Positions 1 to 13,139 of a DNA stretch of 64,000 nucleotides are shown in pieces (the stretch's first letter is position 1; each line of letters opens with the position of its first letter). Below the pieces are notes generated by a model. It ran no database searches, had not been told where the DNA came from, and saw only the letters and a program-made list of their open reading frames with translations. This DNA is from Mobula hypostoma (lineage: Eukaryota): contig NC_086097.1 of NCBI RefSeq assembly GCF_963921235.1, positions 496,001-560,000 on the forward strand, in the 5' to 3' direction. The translations under genes and the position numbers were made by a program.

Positions 1-51
1 TATGCTTTGCGGCCTGGTACCAGTCCACAGCCCGGTGGTTGGGGACCACTG
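1..51. mobile_element. End of a hAT/Charlie-like non-autonomous DNA transposon
   Basis: gttggggaccactg at 38-51 is the reverse complement of the CAGTGGTCCCCAAC-type hAT terminal inverted repeat. The other end lies outside the window. Confidence 0.5.
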
Positions 52-54
52 CTC

Positions 55-915
55 TAAGATTATCCACTTTGTTCATGATACATTTCTGACACACCTTTTC
101 TATTTTCTGCTGTATCTTGTAATCCATATCCTTGCTGCTGTTTGGAGGCCTGTATAGAACTGCCATTAGGGTCCTTTTACCCTTGCCATTTCTTAACACA
201 ACCCATGGAGACTCTACACTTTCTGATCCTATGTCATCCCTTTCTAATGATTTAACATTATTTGTTATACACAGGGCCACACAACCCCCTTTGCCTATTA
301 ACCTATCTTTCCCAAACACTGTATATCTTTGGACGTTCAGCTCCTAATGGCAGCCATCCTTTAGCCAAGTTTCAGAGATGGCCACAATGTCATACTTGCC
401 AATCTGTAGCTGAATTTCAAGATCATCCATTTTATCTTATGCTGCATGCATTCAAATATAACACTTTCAGTCCAGTATTTGTTGCTTTCGGTTGTAAATC
501 ATCCCACTGGCTGTGATTATGCCCCATCTCCTGCCTGTCCTTTCTATCATCTCTGTTGCACGCTATCTTTGACTTATTTCTCTTTTCCCCTTCCTCAGCC
601 CTATCACTCCAGTCCCCATCCCTCTGCCAAATTAGTTTAAACCCTCCTGAACTGCTCTATTAAACCTGCCTGCTGGGATATTGGACCCCTTTGGGTTCAG
701 GTGTAACCCATTCCTTTTGTGCTGGTTGTACCTCCCCTGGAAGATGCCCCAGTGGTCCAGGAACCCGAAGCCCTGCCCCCTACACCAGTCTCTCAGCCAG
801 GCATTAATATTCCTGATCATACTATTCTTGCGCTCGTTAGCAAGTGGCACAGGCAGCAATCCCAAGGTTACTACCCTGGTGGTCCTGCTTTTCAGCTTCC
901 TACCCAACTCCCTGG
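55..915 (-). mobile_element. Degraded CR1 fragments (ORF1 esterase and ORF2 endonuclease)
   Basis: ORF 632-976(-) contains GLLPVP...NAWLRDWCRGQGFGFLDHW...GLHLNPKG (CR1 ORF1 SGNH esterase). Positions 55-480 resemble endonuclease sequence found elsewhere in the window. Confidence 0.75.
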
Positions 916-1585
916 TTAACTTACAGGTTGAGTTGGTGGTGAGAAAAGGCAAATACGATGTTAGCATTAATTTCAAGAAGACTAGAATACAAAATCAAGG
1001 ATATAATGTTGTGGCTTTATAAAGCACTTGTGTGGCCCCACTTGGAGTATTATGAGCAGTTTTGGACCCCTCATCTGAGAGAGGATGTGCTGGCATTGGA
1101 GGGGGTTTGAAGGGAGTTTCACGAAAATGATTCTGGTATTGAAAGGCTTATCATATGAGGAATGGTTGATAGCTCTGGACCTGTATTCACTGGAATTCAG
1201 AAGAATGAGGGGTAACATCATTGAAATCTATCAAATGTTGAATGGCCTCGATATAGTGAATGTGGTGAGAATGTTTCCTATGGTTGGGGGGGGGGTCTTA
1301 AGTCTGGAGGACACTGCCTCAGAATAGAGGGGCATCCTTTTAGAATGAAGATGAGGAGGAATTTCTTTAGCCAGAGAGTAGTTAATCTGTGGAACTCGTT
1401 GCCACAGGCAGCTGTGGAGACCAAGTCATTAGGTGTATTTAAGAATTCTTGATTGCTCAGGGCATGAAGGGATCTAGGGAGAAGGGAGGAGATTGGGGCT
1501 GAGGGGGAAAATGTAACAGCCATGATGAATTGGCAGAGCAGACTCGATGGGCCAAATACTGCTACTGTATCTTATGGTCTTATGA
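916..1585 (+). mobile_element. CR1 3' fragment with (TCTTATGG)-type tail
   Basis: GLSYEEWL...LYSLEFRRMRG motif, CR1 3' UTR, and tail tcttatggtcttatg. Confidence 0.8.
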
Positions 1586-1689
1586 AATGGGTGAAATGCA
1601 GACAAATAGGACTGGCTCAGGAAGACACGATGGTTGGTGAGGAAAACTTGGGTTGAAGGGCCTGTGTCCATGCTGTATATTTCTGACAT

Positions 1690-1746
1690 GGGCAAGAAAA
1701 TATCTGCAGATGCTGGAAATCCGAGCAACACACACAAAATACTGGA
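1690..1746 (-). mobile_element. Penelope-like element 3' tail remnant
   Basis: Reverse complement of ccagyattttgtgtgtgttgct...tttccagcatctgcag, matching 8868-8910. Confidence 0.6.
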
Positions 1747-3097
1747 CTTTGGCAGAACATGGGTTTGAATTCCAGTTGACAATCTGGAAATTTAAATTCA
1801 AGTAATTATCCTGAAATGAAAGGCTACTACTTATATAATAATCACAAAATAAACCTGTAAACCCTTCTGGTTCACTAATCTACAGAAAAGGAATTTTCAC
1901 TTCCTATTTCTGTGTACATGTCTCTCCAACCATGGTGTTTGACCCTTGTCCCAGATCAAGCCCGCCAATTTACGGACATTTCAGAAAGAAGATTGCTAGC
2001 GATGTCTGCATTCCATCATCAGCTTGTGAACACATCAGTCCTCTGCTAGAATTTGGTTAATTTATTTGAAGAGATTCAGTCCATGAGGTCACAGTTATAT
2101 TTATTTATTAATCCTGTAACATAGCCTTGAAATACAGAAAATACTTAGCAGATAGTAGTAGAATAATTGTTCCAAAGGTAGGTGAAATAATTTTTTGAAA
2201 GCCAGCAAACAGCCCACTGCACTAACTGATACAGTGGTTCTTCATGTCCATGGATTAATCTCTACTGTGATTCTGTTTGTAAGTCACAGACCTTTATTTG
2301 GCAAAGGCTGACTGATGTGTTGAATTCTTACCATAGATACAGAAGTCATTTTAGCATAAGCCTCAACAAATTGTCTTTCGTATTTAAGCCCTGCGTTCCT
2401 TAAAAGTTTTCATATCTACCATGTAGTGAATCAGAATTGTCAGCTCCTACCTAGTTCACTACTTTGCAGTTATCCCTGTCCTTCATTACTTCACGTTGGA
2501 ACTGATAACTGTAATTAGTTTAAATTTAACTTAAGGTTCCTATCAGATAGTGAGATGCAGCTGGGTGAGATATGAACAGGCAGAATAGCACTGGCTGTAG
2601 TGTCGATGAATGACAGAATTGGGGAGAGTACAAGTTAACAGCTTCACAAGAAGATATTCAGGAGATCATAGAACTACTATGGCACAGAAGATCAACCAGC
2701 TTAGCTGCTCCACATGGGCTGGAGTGTACTTCTGTAAAATTCTTTCAATTGTAATTTCTAATGTTCATTTGTTGAGGAAAGAATACTTCTTAAAGCAATA
2801 TAATTAGACTGCCCTATGTTTCCCTTGTGATCAACTCCATAAAAGCTGCTTGTGTAAACTGGAGAGTACAGTACTTGAATCAGTGATTTAGTTAAAAGTG
2901 AAAAATGGATATCACACTTCAGTCAGAAGAGTTGAGCCAACTCAACTTGAACAACACCTCCTCAAGGTGTAATTTATGATATACAAGATGTCCCTTTTTA
3001 ATTTGACTAAATTGTTCTCGGCCCATCTGGCTTCCCCAATTCTTTTGATAACCGTGGGCATATTCTTCAGCACATGAAATTCTTTGGTAATTACCTA

Positions 3098-5570
3098 CCA
3101 GGTTTTAGATGTTTCAGAAAGGACAGGGAGGGAGGCAAAAGAGGTGGGGGTGTGGCATTGTTGATTAGAGATAGTGTAACGGCTGCAGAAAAGGAGGAAG
3201 TCATGGAGGGATTGTCTGCCGAGTCTCTGTGGGTGGAAGTTAGGAACAGGAAGGGGTCAATAACTCCAATGGGTGTTTTTTATAGACCACTCAATAGTAA
3301 CAGGGACATCGAGGAGCAGATAGGGAGACAGATTCTGGAAAGATGTAATAATAACAGGGTTGTCGTGGTGGGAGATTTTAATTTCCCAAATATCGATTGG
3401 CATGTCTCTACAGCGAGGGGTTTAGACGGGATGGAGTTTGTTGGGTGTGTTCAAGAAGGTTTCTTGACACAACATGTAGATAAGCCTACAAAAGGAGAGG
3501 CTGTACTTGATCTTGTATTGGGAAATGAACCTGATCAGGTGTCAGATCTCTCAGTGGGAGAGCATTTTGGAGATAGTGATCACAACATTATCTCCTTTAC
3601 CATAGCATTGGAGAGGGATAGGAACAGACAAGTTAGGAAAGCGTTTAATTGGAGTAAGGGGTAATATGAGGCTATCAGACAGGAACTTGAAAGCATAGAT
3701 GTTCTCAGGGAAATGTACATAAGAACCATGGCAAATGTTCAGGGGATATTTGCATGGGGCTCTGCATAGGTAGGTTCCAATGAGACAGGAAGGATGGTAG
3801 GGTGCAGGAACTGTGGTGTACAAAGGATGTTGTAAATCTAATCAAGAAGTAAAGACGAGCTTACGAAAGGTTGAAAAAGTTAGGTAATGATAGAGAGCTG
3901 GAAGATTATAAGGCTAGCAGGAAGGAGCTCAGGAAAGAGATTAGGAGAGCCAGAAGGAGCCATGAGAAGGCCTCGGTGGACAGGATTAAGGAAAACCCCA
4001 AGGCATTCTACAAGTATGTGAAGAACAAGAGGATGAGACGTGAGAGAATAGAACCAATCAAGTGTGACAGCGGAAAAGTGTGTATGGAACCGGAGGAGAT
4101 AGCAGAGGTACTTAATGAGTACTTTGCTTCAGTATTCACTACAGAAAAGGATCTTGGCAATGGTAGGGATGACTTACAGCGGACTGAAAAGCTTGAGCAT
4201 GTAGATATTAAGAAAGAGAATGTGCTGGAGCTTTTGGAAAGCATCAAGTTGGATAAGTTGCTGGGACCGGAAGAGATGTACCTCAGGCTCCTGTGGGAGG
4301 CGAGGGAAGAGATTGCTAAGCCTCTGGCGATGATCTTTTCATCATCAATGGGGAAGGGAGAGGTTCCGAAGGATTGCAGGGTTGCGGATGTTGTTCCCTT
4401 ATTCAAGAAAGGGATTAGAGATAGCCCAGGAAATTATAGACCAGTGAGTCTTACTTCAGTGGTTGGTAAGTTGATGGAGAAGATCCTGAGAGGCAGGATT
4501 TATGAACATTTAGAGAAGTATAATATGATTAGGAATAGTCAGCATGGCTTTGTCAAGGGCAGGTCATGCCTTACGAGCCTGATTGAATTTTTTGAGGATG
4601 TGACTAAATACATTGATGAAGGTAGAGCAGCAGGTGTAGTGTATATGGAATTCAGCAAGGCATTTGATAAGGTACCCCATGCAAGGCATATTGAGAAAGT
4701 AAGGAGGCATGGGATCCAAGGGGAAATTGCTTTGTGGATCCAAAACAGGCTTACCCACAGAAGGCAAAGAGTGGTTGTAGACGGGTCATATTCTGCATGG
4801 AAGTTGGTGACCAGCGGTGTGCCTCAGGGATCTGTTCTGGGACCCCTACTCTTGGCAGTGTGTAGGATCAGAGGGATCTTGGGGTCTGAGTCCATTGGAC
4901 ACTCAAGGCTGCTGTGCAGGTTGACTCTGTGGTTAAGAAAGCATACGGTGCATTGGCCTTCATCAATCGTGGGATTGAGGTTAGGAGCCGAGAGGTAATG
5001 TTACAGCTATATAGGACCCTGGTCAGACCCCACTTGGAGTACTGTGCTCAGTTCTGGTTGTCTCACTACAGGAAGGATGTGGAAACCATAGAAAGGGTGC
5101 AGAAGAGAATTACAAGAATGTTGCCTGGATTGGGGAGCATGCCTTATGAGGATAGCTTAAGTGTATTTGGACTTTTCTCCTTGGAGCGATGGAGGATGAG
5201 AGGTGACTTGATAGAGGTGTGTAAGATGATGAGAGGCATTGATCGTGTGGACAGCCAGAGGCTTTTTTCCAGGGCTGAAATGGCTATCACGAGAGGGCAC
5301 AGTTTTAAGGTGCTTGGAAGCAGGTACAGAGGAGATATCGGGGTAAGTTTTTTATGCAGAGAGTGGTGAGTACGTGGAATGGGCTGCCGGCGATGGTGGT
5401 GGAGGCGGCTATGATTAGGTCTTTTAAGGGACTTCTGACAGGTATATGGAGCTCAGAAAAATAGAGGGCTATCAGTAACCCTAGGTAATCTCTCAGGTAA
5501 GGACATGTTCAGCACAGCTTTGTGGGCCGAAGGGCCTGTATTGTGCTGTAGATTTTCTGGTTCCATATTT
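3098..5570 (+). mobile_element. CR1 LINE ORF2 pseudogene (endonuclease and RT), 5'-truncated, internal deletion near 4850
   Basis: APE motifs GGGVALL, VVGDFNFP, LDLVL, SDH. RT motifs [33 protein letters not shown]. The FADD segment is deleted; stops and frameshifts are present. Confidence 0.92.
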
Positions 5571-6429
5571 TGGACAACATATCAATCAAGCAATCAGTCC
5601 TTATCGGACTGATTCCTCCCCCCACACCCCCACCACCACTCCACTGCCAATGATCTCAATTTGAATAACCTGCCACTCGAAAAATCAAGAATACAAGTGT
5701 AATGCCCTGGTTAAGGTTTTTACTGCTATGCTGTAGGTATTTCATTGTAGCAGTTCTGTAACAGCAGTCTGTTCTGCTTTCAGCTTGTTTGGAACTGAGC
5801 CGAGATGAGAAGCTTTGTTATTCAGTTTCGGAATGTCAGGATGGGAGATTTGAGAGGAAGTTCTGGAGGACGGTGGTGGAGAAAGTCTCCGTTGGTGGGA
5901 GCTGGAAGAAGGCGGGGAAAAGGATGGCTGAGGATGCTGTCCCTGTTGAACAAGGTGCTCTGTGCAGATGAATGTCTTCAAGGAGCATGAACTAATCCTC
6001 CCGTGGGAGATCCGTTTGTTCACGACGAATTTCAAGCCACAGTTGGAAGGTGGTCTGTGCTTTCATGCAGACCGAGGGTCCAGCACGTGAGTGACAGACA
6101 ACTTCAAGATGAGCTCCAACTTAAGGATACATTTGAGAGCAATGGGCCTTTTGGTTTTTTTCTTTCTTTCATTTGATAACTTTGCTTAAACTAACATTCT
6201 TAAATATACTTTTTCATAATTGTATGCAGTGTATGAACAGTTATCTCTTGCTGGAGGGCAGTAAATCACATGGACAAGACATCCCAACCTCATGGATTTG
6301 GCGGGTCCAAAGTTGTATACATACGAAGCTGGATAAAGGTGGGTCTAGCGCTGTGGAATCCAGTGGCTGTTAGCAAGGGGTAACGAGCCAGTTTTCCAGA
6401 GACACCCAGTAAAAGGGGGTTTCACAAGG

Positions 6430-7250
6430 ATACACGGGAATGGAAATGCAGGAACAGCATTACTGAGTTACAGAGCTAAAGAAGAAATGGAAATTGGACC
6501 TGAGGATGAATTTCCATCATCAATAATGAAAATAAATATTTAATGGAGAACTGAAATTATTGAGATTAAGGAGATATTCACCTCAATGACACCCTCAGGC
6601 TTCGGCTGAGACTTCCAGAATTGGCAAAAAGATTGACTTTATTTAGCTGCTGCAAGAAGGAACAGAAGCAGTGATAGTGATGAGGAAGAGGACAATGAAG
6701 CTGCTGGTGAAATAAGCAAGCAGAAACTGGTACTGCAAAAGGAGAAACCATCATGGCTATTCAATTAATTTAAATCAAATTGGCAGCAACAAAAGCAATT
6801 TATCTGAAACTGTACAGATTAAAACATTAATATATAATCTCATAACATCACAAGATGTCAGGCCTCATTCATATAGTTGGTCAGAGAGAGGAAATGGCTT
6901 CAGGCACATTGTTTTCCTTGTACTGCAGCGACTTTGACAGGAGCTTCTTTCAATAGATTTCCAGCTCCTGTGTGCAGCAGATGACCTGGGCACTTGGAAA
7001 CATGCAGCATTCTCTGGGACATGCTGGCCAATGGCATTCTCTGCCAGGTAGCGAGTGCAGGCAGAGTTACAGAACAAAGCAATTGGAAATGATAGTTCCA
7101 ACCCTACTCCTCACAACGAAAGCAGGAGTTCAAAACACTTCACACCTCTAACCTCTGTCCAGAATTAGCAAATGTCTGTGGCATTAACAGGACCTCTAGT
7201 AAATGAGTCACATTCTGCTACAGCACAGTTGTCCACACCAGTAACAAAAC
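6430..7250 (-). other. Probable TMEM63C 3' UTR, candidate AATAAA at 6643-6638
   Basis: Non-repetitive sequence directly downstream of the stop codon, with tttatt at 6638-6643 on the plus strand. The real transcript end cannot be determined from sequence alone. Confidence 0.45.
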
Positions 7251-7445
7251 TTAGTCCAATACAGACCCCACCTTTGTCTCATGCTGAGGACTTTCTAATA
7301 TAGGCTCAAAATTTTGCATTCGACCAGAACTTTCAGATTTGGTGTCATCACAACGATTTTCCATGGTTCCATAAGTCTGATGTGCAGGAGATGCAACAGG
7401 TGTGAGACCCAATTCGGGATCCTGGAGAACAGCCGCAACAAATAC
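7251..7445 (-). CDS. TMEM63C: TMEM63C terminal coding exon, 64 aa plus TAA
   Basis: Acceptor acttccag. Translates VFVAAVLQDPELGLTPVASPAHQTYGTMENRCDDTKSESSGRMQNFEPILESPQHETKVGSVLD*, matching the recalled TMEM63C motif [27 protein letters not shown]. Not in the supplied ORF track. Confidence 0.9.
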   Translation of the reverse strand, partial: VFVAAVLQDPELGLTPVASPAHQTYGTMENRCDDTKSESSGRMQNFEPILESPQHETKVGSVLD

Positions 7446-7474
7446 CTGGAAGTATCAGCAAGTGGTCACTACAG

Positions 7475-7920
7475 GAATCAGAGACTAACAGCACAGGAAC
7501 AGGCTCTCTGGCCCATCTGATCCATGCAGACCAAAGTTCCCATCTAAGCTAGTCCTATTTCCCCCTCTTTGCCCCATATCCCTCCAAATCTTTCTTATCC
7601 ATGTACCTATCCCAAATACCTTTTAAATGTTTTTAATGTGCCTGCTTCTGGAAGACCATGTCTATCACCTGCCCTCATTGACCTTCTTGGTTACTTCTTC
7701 AAAATTTTTCGTCAAGTTCATGAGACATGATCTCCCACAAACAAAGCTGTGCTGATGATCCCTGATCAACCCATCTTTCCTAATGCATGCATATCGTAGC
7801 CCTCAAAATTCCCTCTGCTAATTTACCTACCACAGATGTTAGGTTGTCTATAGGATCCAGGTTTTTTTAAATAAAGACAGAATATGAGCCACCCTCCAAT
7901 CTTCTGGCACTTCACCCAAC
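7475..7920 (-). mobile_element. Old CR1 fragments
   Basis: Similar to the reverse complement of CR1 3' ends and RT segments elsewhere in the window. Confidence 0.55.
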
Positions 7921-8488
7921 TGAATCCAAATCAGATTTCCTATCACTGACATATATTGTACAATTTGTGGCTTTGTGGCCGTAGTATATTGCAGTACATA
8001 ATAAAATAACTATAACTTACAATAAGTATATATTAAACAATTAAATTAGTGCAAAAAGAGAGGAAGAAAAATAATGAGATATTGTTCATGGATTCAGTGT
8101 CCACTCAGCAGAGGGGAAGAAGCTGTTCCTGAAACATTAAGTGTGTTTTTTCAGGCTCCTGTATCACTTACTGGTGGAGAGCCTGTGAGAAGGCATCTCC
8201 TGTATACTGATTGTGGTGATAGGCAAATTGCAGTGAATTCAAATGCTTATTTAGGTAGGAGTTGATTCTAGCTACAAGCAACCTCTCAAAGCACTTCATC
8301 AGAGCAGGTGTGATAGTGTTGAGACAGCTCACCCTGCTCTTCTTGGGTACTGGCAAGATTGTCACCCTTTTGAAGCAGCTGGGAATCTCTGACTGCAGCA
8401 GTGAGAGATTGAAGATGCCCTTGAACACTCCCACCAGTTGCCTGACACAGGTTTTCAGAGCCCCACCAGGTCACACCATCAGGGCCTG
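7921..8488 (-). mobile_element. Rex1/Babar-like LINE fragments
   Basis: ORF 8168-8434(-) reads IFNLSL...IPSCFK..TILPVPKK...CLN...MKCFERL...LQFAY. A (GATTC)-like tail lies at 7921-7935. Confidence 0.75.
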
Positions 8489-8489
8489 A

Positions 8490-8922
8490 GAGAAAAAGAT
8501 GGAGAGGAAAAAGAAAGTGGGGAATAGGGAAGGCCTCTCTCACCTTACCTCCCTGCCTGCTCAACACCTCCCTCCGGTGTTCGTCCCCCTTTTTCCTTCT
8601 CCCATGACCTTCTGTCCTTTCCCATTAGATTCCCCCTTCTCCAGCCCTGTATCTCTTTCAGCAATCAACTTCCGAACTCTTTACTTCATCCCTCCCCACT
8701 CCCAGTTTCACCTGTCACCTTGTGTTCCTCCGTCTCCTCTCTTCCCCACCCAAAGCCCCTTACTCTAACTTCTCATCTTTTTTCTCCAGTCTTGCTGAAG
8801 GATCTCGGCCCAAAACATCAACTGTACTTTTTTCCATAGATGCTGGCTGGCCTGCTGAGTTCTTCAGGCATTTTGTGTGTATTATTTGGATTTCCAGCAT
8901 CTGCAGATTTTCTCTTTTTTCT
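8490..8922 (+). mobile_element. Penelope-like pLTR remnant with a degenerate hammerhead at about 8787-8825
   Basis: C/T-rich pLTR, then agtcttgctgaaggatctcggcccaaaacatcaact (a mutated CTGAYGA...GAAAC core), then the tail gatgctg...ttccagcatctgcaga. Confidence 0.7.
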
Positions 8923-8979
8923 AACTTCAACTGGAACTGTTTCGCAGGTCAGAAGTAACAAGCAGGGTGGGCAAAGGAG

Positions 8980-9642
8980 AGGCAGTGGATGGCATTGACT
9001 TGGATTTTCAGGAGTCATTTGATAAGGTGCCACACGTGAGGCTGCTTAACAGGATAAAATCCTATGGTGTTACAGGAAAGGTACTGGCTTGGATAGAGGA
9101 ATGGATAGAGGATACTGGCTTGGATAGAGGAGGCAGAGAGTAGAAATAAAGAGGGCCTTTTCTGGTTGGCTGCCAGTGACTAGTGGTGTTCTTCAGGGGT
9201 CAGTATTGGGACCGTTACTTTTCACATTGTTTGGCATTGATTTAGAGAGTGGAATGGATGGCGTCATGGAAAAGTTTGTGGATGATACAAAGATAGGTGG
9301 AGGGGTAGGTAGTGCTGAGGAAGCATTATGATTGCAGCAGGACTTAGAGAAATTGGAAGAACAGGCAAAAAAGTGGTAGATGGAATACAGTGGTGGGAAA
9401 TGTATGATAAGGCATTTTGGTAAAAGGAACAATAGTGCAGATTATTATATAAATTGGGAGAAGGCTCAAACATCAGAGGTTCAGAGGGACTTAGGAGTCC
9501 TCATGCAAAACTCCCAGAAGGTGAATTTACAGGTTAAATCTGGGTAAAGAAGACAAATACAACGTTGGCATTTATTTCAAGGGGAATAGAATATAAAAGC
9601 AAGGAGATAATGCTGAGCCTTTATAAGACACTAGTCAGGCTG
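8980..9642 (+). mobile_element. CR1 RT fragment, degraded
   Basis: Remnants of FDKVPH, GSVLGPLLF and DDTKIGG. Confidence 0.8.
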
Positions 9643-10152
9643 CATTGGTTTTTTTACGGGAATGGGACCCGCTCTCGGGGTCTCACAACTGGCCGCTATT
9701 CAATATACCAAGGACGCGGCCTAGAAGACTAACGCGCCTTCAGGGTTCCGGGATTTTGTGGCTCTGGAGGCGGGCGGACACGAGGTCGATGCCTCCGCAG
9801 GAAATTGGTGTGTTGTGGGAGACGGAAGATCGAAAGCAGTAAGCTAGCTATGTGCCTAGAGACCTTAGTTCTTTGGGTACAAAGCTTCGAAAAAGCGATG
9901 CAACAGACTTTTATCATTATAAATCAGCGAGTTGTTTGTTATGTCTGCCCTCTTGCTATGAAATGGGGACACCTCTTTTTCCCTTATTAGGGAGAGAGAG
10001 AGAGAGAGAGCCTGTGGTATGTCGAATTACTGGGTGAACGAGTAGTCTTCGGAGTACTGCAAGTCTGTGTCTTTAATGATGCTTTGCTGCACACTTGAAC
10101 ATTCGGTGGGGGGTGCACCGGAACTTTTTTGAATCTTTCGTAAGCTTTTCTT

Positions 10153-10326
10153 ATGAGGGAGTTAGATATGGCCCTTGTGGCTACGGGGGTCAGGGGGTAT
10201 GGAGGGAAGGCTGGGGTGGGGTTCTGAGTTGGATGATCAGCCATGATCATAATAAATGGCGGTGCAGGCTCGAAGGGCCGAATGGCCTACTCCTGCACCT
10301 ATTTTCTATGTTTCTATGTTTCTATG
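10153..10326 (+). mobile_element. Young, severely 5'-truncated CR1 3' end with (TTTCTATG)n tail
   Basis: Near-identical to 16562-16718 and 21062-21225. TSD ttttctt at 10146-10152 and 10327-10333, inside an older minus-strand CR1. Confidence 0.85.
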
Positions 10327-11080
10327 TTTTCTTCTTGACTAGATTTTCAACAGCCTTTGTACACCATGGTTCCTGTACCCTACCATACTTTCCCTGTCTC
10401 ACTGGATCGTACCTATGCAGAACGCCATGCAAATATCTCCCAACATTTGCAACATTTCTGCCGTACATTTCCCTGAGAACATCTGTTCCCACTTTATGTT
10501 TCCAAGTTCCTGTCTGATAGCTTCATATTTCCCCTTATTCCAATTAAACACTTTCCTGTCTGTTCCTATCCCTCTCCAATGCTATGGTAAAGGAGATAGA
10601 ATTGTGATCACTATATCCAAAGTGCTCTCCCACTGAGAGACCTGACACCTGACCAGGTTCATTTCCCAATACCAGATCAAGTACAGCTTCTCCTCTTGTA
10701 GGCTTATCTACATATTGTGTCAGGAAACCTTCCTGAACACACCTAACAAACTCCACCCCATCTAAACCCCTCGCTCTAGGGAGATGTGAATCAATATTTG
10801 GGAAGTTAAAATCTCCCACCACGACAACCCTGTTATTATTACACCTTTCCAGAATCTGTCTCCCTATCTGCTCCTCAATGTCCCTGTTACTATTGGGTGG
10901 TCTATAAAAAACACCCAGTACAGTTATTGACCCCTTCCTGTTTCTAACTTCCACCCACAGAGATTCAGTAGACAATCCCTCCATGTCTTCCTCCTTTTCT
11001 GAAGCCATGACACTATCTCTGATGAGCAGTGCCATGTCCCCACCTCTTTTGCCTCCCTCCCTGTCCTTTCTGAAACACCT
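10327..11080 (-). mobile_element. CR1 endonuclease region (same element continues at 17219-18398)
   Basis: ORF 10544-11035(-) carries APE motifs. The sequence resumes colinearly at 17219. Confidence 0.88.
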
Positions 11081-11596
11081 ACTGGTGTGCCACAGGGATC
11101 AGTGCTGGGTCCATTGTTATTTGTCATCTATATCAATGATCTGGATGATAATGTGGTAAATTGGATCAGCAAATTTGCTGATGATACAAAGATTGGAGGT
11201 GTAGTAGACAGTGAGGAAGGTTTTCGGAGCCTGCAGAGGGACTTGGACCAGCTGGAAAAGTGGGCTGAAAAATGGCAGATGGAGTTTAATACAGACAAGT
11301 GTGAGGTATTGCACGTTGGAAGGACAAACCAACGTAGAACATACAGGGTTAATGGTAAGGCACTGAGGAGTGCAGTGGAACAGAAGGATCTGGGAATACA
11401 GATACAAAATTCCCTAAAAGTGGCATCACAGGTAGATAGGGTCGTACAGAGAGCTTTTGGTACATTGGCCTTTATTAATCAAAGTACTGAGTATAAGAGC
11501 TGGAATGTTATGATGAGGTTGTATAAGGCATTGGTGAGGCCGAATCTGGAGTATTGTGTTCAGTTTTGGTCACCAAATTACAGGAAGGATATAAAT
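11081..11596 (+). mobile_element. CR1 (second family) RT 3' part, left half; right half at 16719-17218
   Basis: PQGSVLGP...FADDTK...RPNLEYCVQFWSPNYRKD, continuing as INKVERVQRRF after 16719. Confidence 0.88.
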
Positions 11597-13139
11597 TGGT
11601 AAAGGTGCTGAGGAAGAGGATTTCTTGGAATGTATGCGGGATGGTTTTTTGAACCAACATGTCGAGGAACCGACTAGAGAGCAGGCTATTCTGGACTGGG
11701 TTTTGAGCAATGAGGAAGGGTTAATTAGCGATCTTGTTGTGAGAGGCCCCTTGTGTAAGAGTGACCATAATATGGTGGAATTCTTCATTAACATGGAGAG
11801 TGACGTAGTTAATTCAGAAACAAAGGTTCTGAACTTAAAGAGGGGTAACTTTGAAGGTATGAGACGTGAATTAGCTAAGATAGACTGGCAAATGACACTT
11901 CAAGGATTGATGGTGGATATGCAATGGCAGGCATTTAAAGGTTGCATGGATGAACTACAACAATTGTTCATCCCAGTTTGGCAAAAGAATAAATCAAGGA
12001 AGGTAGTGCACCCGTGGCTGACAAGAGAAATTAGGGATAGTATCAATTCCAAAGAAGTAGCATACAAATTAGCCAGAGAAAGTGGCTCACCTGAGGACTG
12101 GGAGAAATTCAGAGTTCAGCAGAGGAGGACAAAGGGCTTAATTAGGAAGGGGAAAAAAGATTATGAGAGAAAACTGGCAGAGAACATAAAAACGGACTGT
12201 AAAAGCTTTTATAGATATGTAAAAAGGAAAAGACTGATAAAGACAAATGTAGGTCCCCTGCAAACAGAAACAGGTGAATTGATTATGGGGAGCAAGGACA
12301 TGGCAGACCAATTGAATAATTACTTTGGTTCTGTCTTCACTAAGGAGGACATAAATAATCTTCCAGAAATAGTAAGGGACAGAGGGTCCAGTGAGATGGA
12401 GGAACTGAGCGAAATACATGTTAGTAGGGAAGTGGTGTTAGGTAAATTGAAGGGATTGAAGGCAGATAAATCCCCAGGGCCAGATGGTCTGCATCCCAGA
12501 GTGCTTAAGGAAGTGGCCCAAGAACTAGTGGATGCATTAGTGATAATTTTTCAAAACTCGTTAGATTCTGGACTAGTTCCTGAGGATTGGAGGGTGGCTA
12601 ATGTAACCCCACTTTTTAAAAAAGGAGGGAGAGAGAAACCGGGGAATTATAGGCCGGTTAGCCTAACGTCGGTGGTGGGGAAACTGCTGGAGTCAGTTAT
12701 CAAGGATGTGATAACAGCACATTTGGAAAGCGGTGAAATGATCGGACAAAGTCAGCATGGATTTGTGAAAGGAAAATCATGTCTGACGAATCTCATAGAA
12801 TTTTTTGAGGATGTAACTAGTAGAGTGGATAGGGGAGAACCAGTGGATGTGGTATATTTGGATTTTCAAAAGGCTTTTGACAAGGTCCCACACAGGAGAT
12901 TAGTGTGCAAACTTAAAGCACACGGTATTGGGGGTAAGGTATTGGTGTGGATGGAGAATTGGTTAGCAGACAGGAAGCAAAGAGTGGGAATAAACGGGAC
13001 CTTTTCAGAATGGCAGGCGGTGACTAGTGGGGTACCGCAAGGCTCAGTGCTGGGACCCCAGTTGTTTACAATATATATTAATGACTTGGATGAGGGAATT
13101 AAATGCAGCATCTCCAAGTTTGCGGATGACACAAAGCTG
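11597..13139 (+). mobile_element. Young CR1 copy A, 5' part (endonuclease C-terminus and RT up to FADDTKL), open frame
   Basis: ORF from 11625 has no stops up to the junction at 13137-13139. TSD taaat at 11592-11596 and 16719-16723 brackets the whole 11597-16718 block. Confidence 0.93.

Noticed and set aside
5745..6426. Possible solo LTR ending in ...gggggtttcaca
   Set aside because: I found no matching TSD, second LTR, PBS or PPT, so it remains unclassified.
6865..7101. Short minus-strand ORFs as extra exons
   Set aside because: They lie downstream of the TMEM63C stop codon and show no recognisable homology.
9081..9132. Short duplication tactggcttggatagagga
   Set aside because: Local slippage inside a dead CR1 with no evident function.
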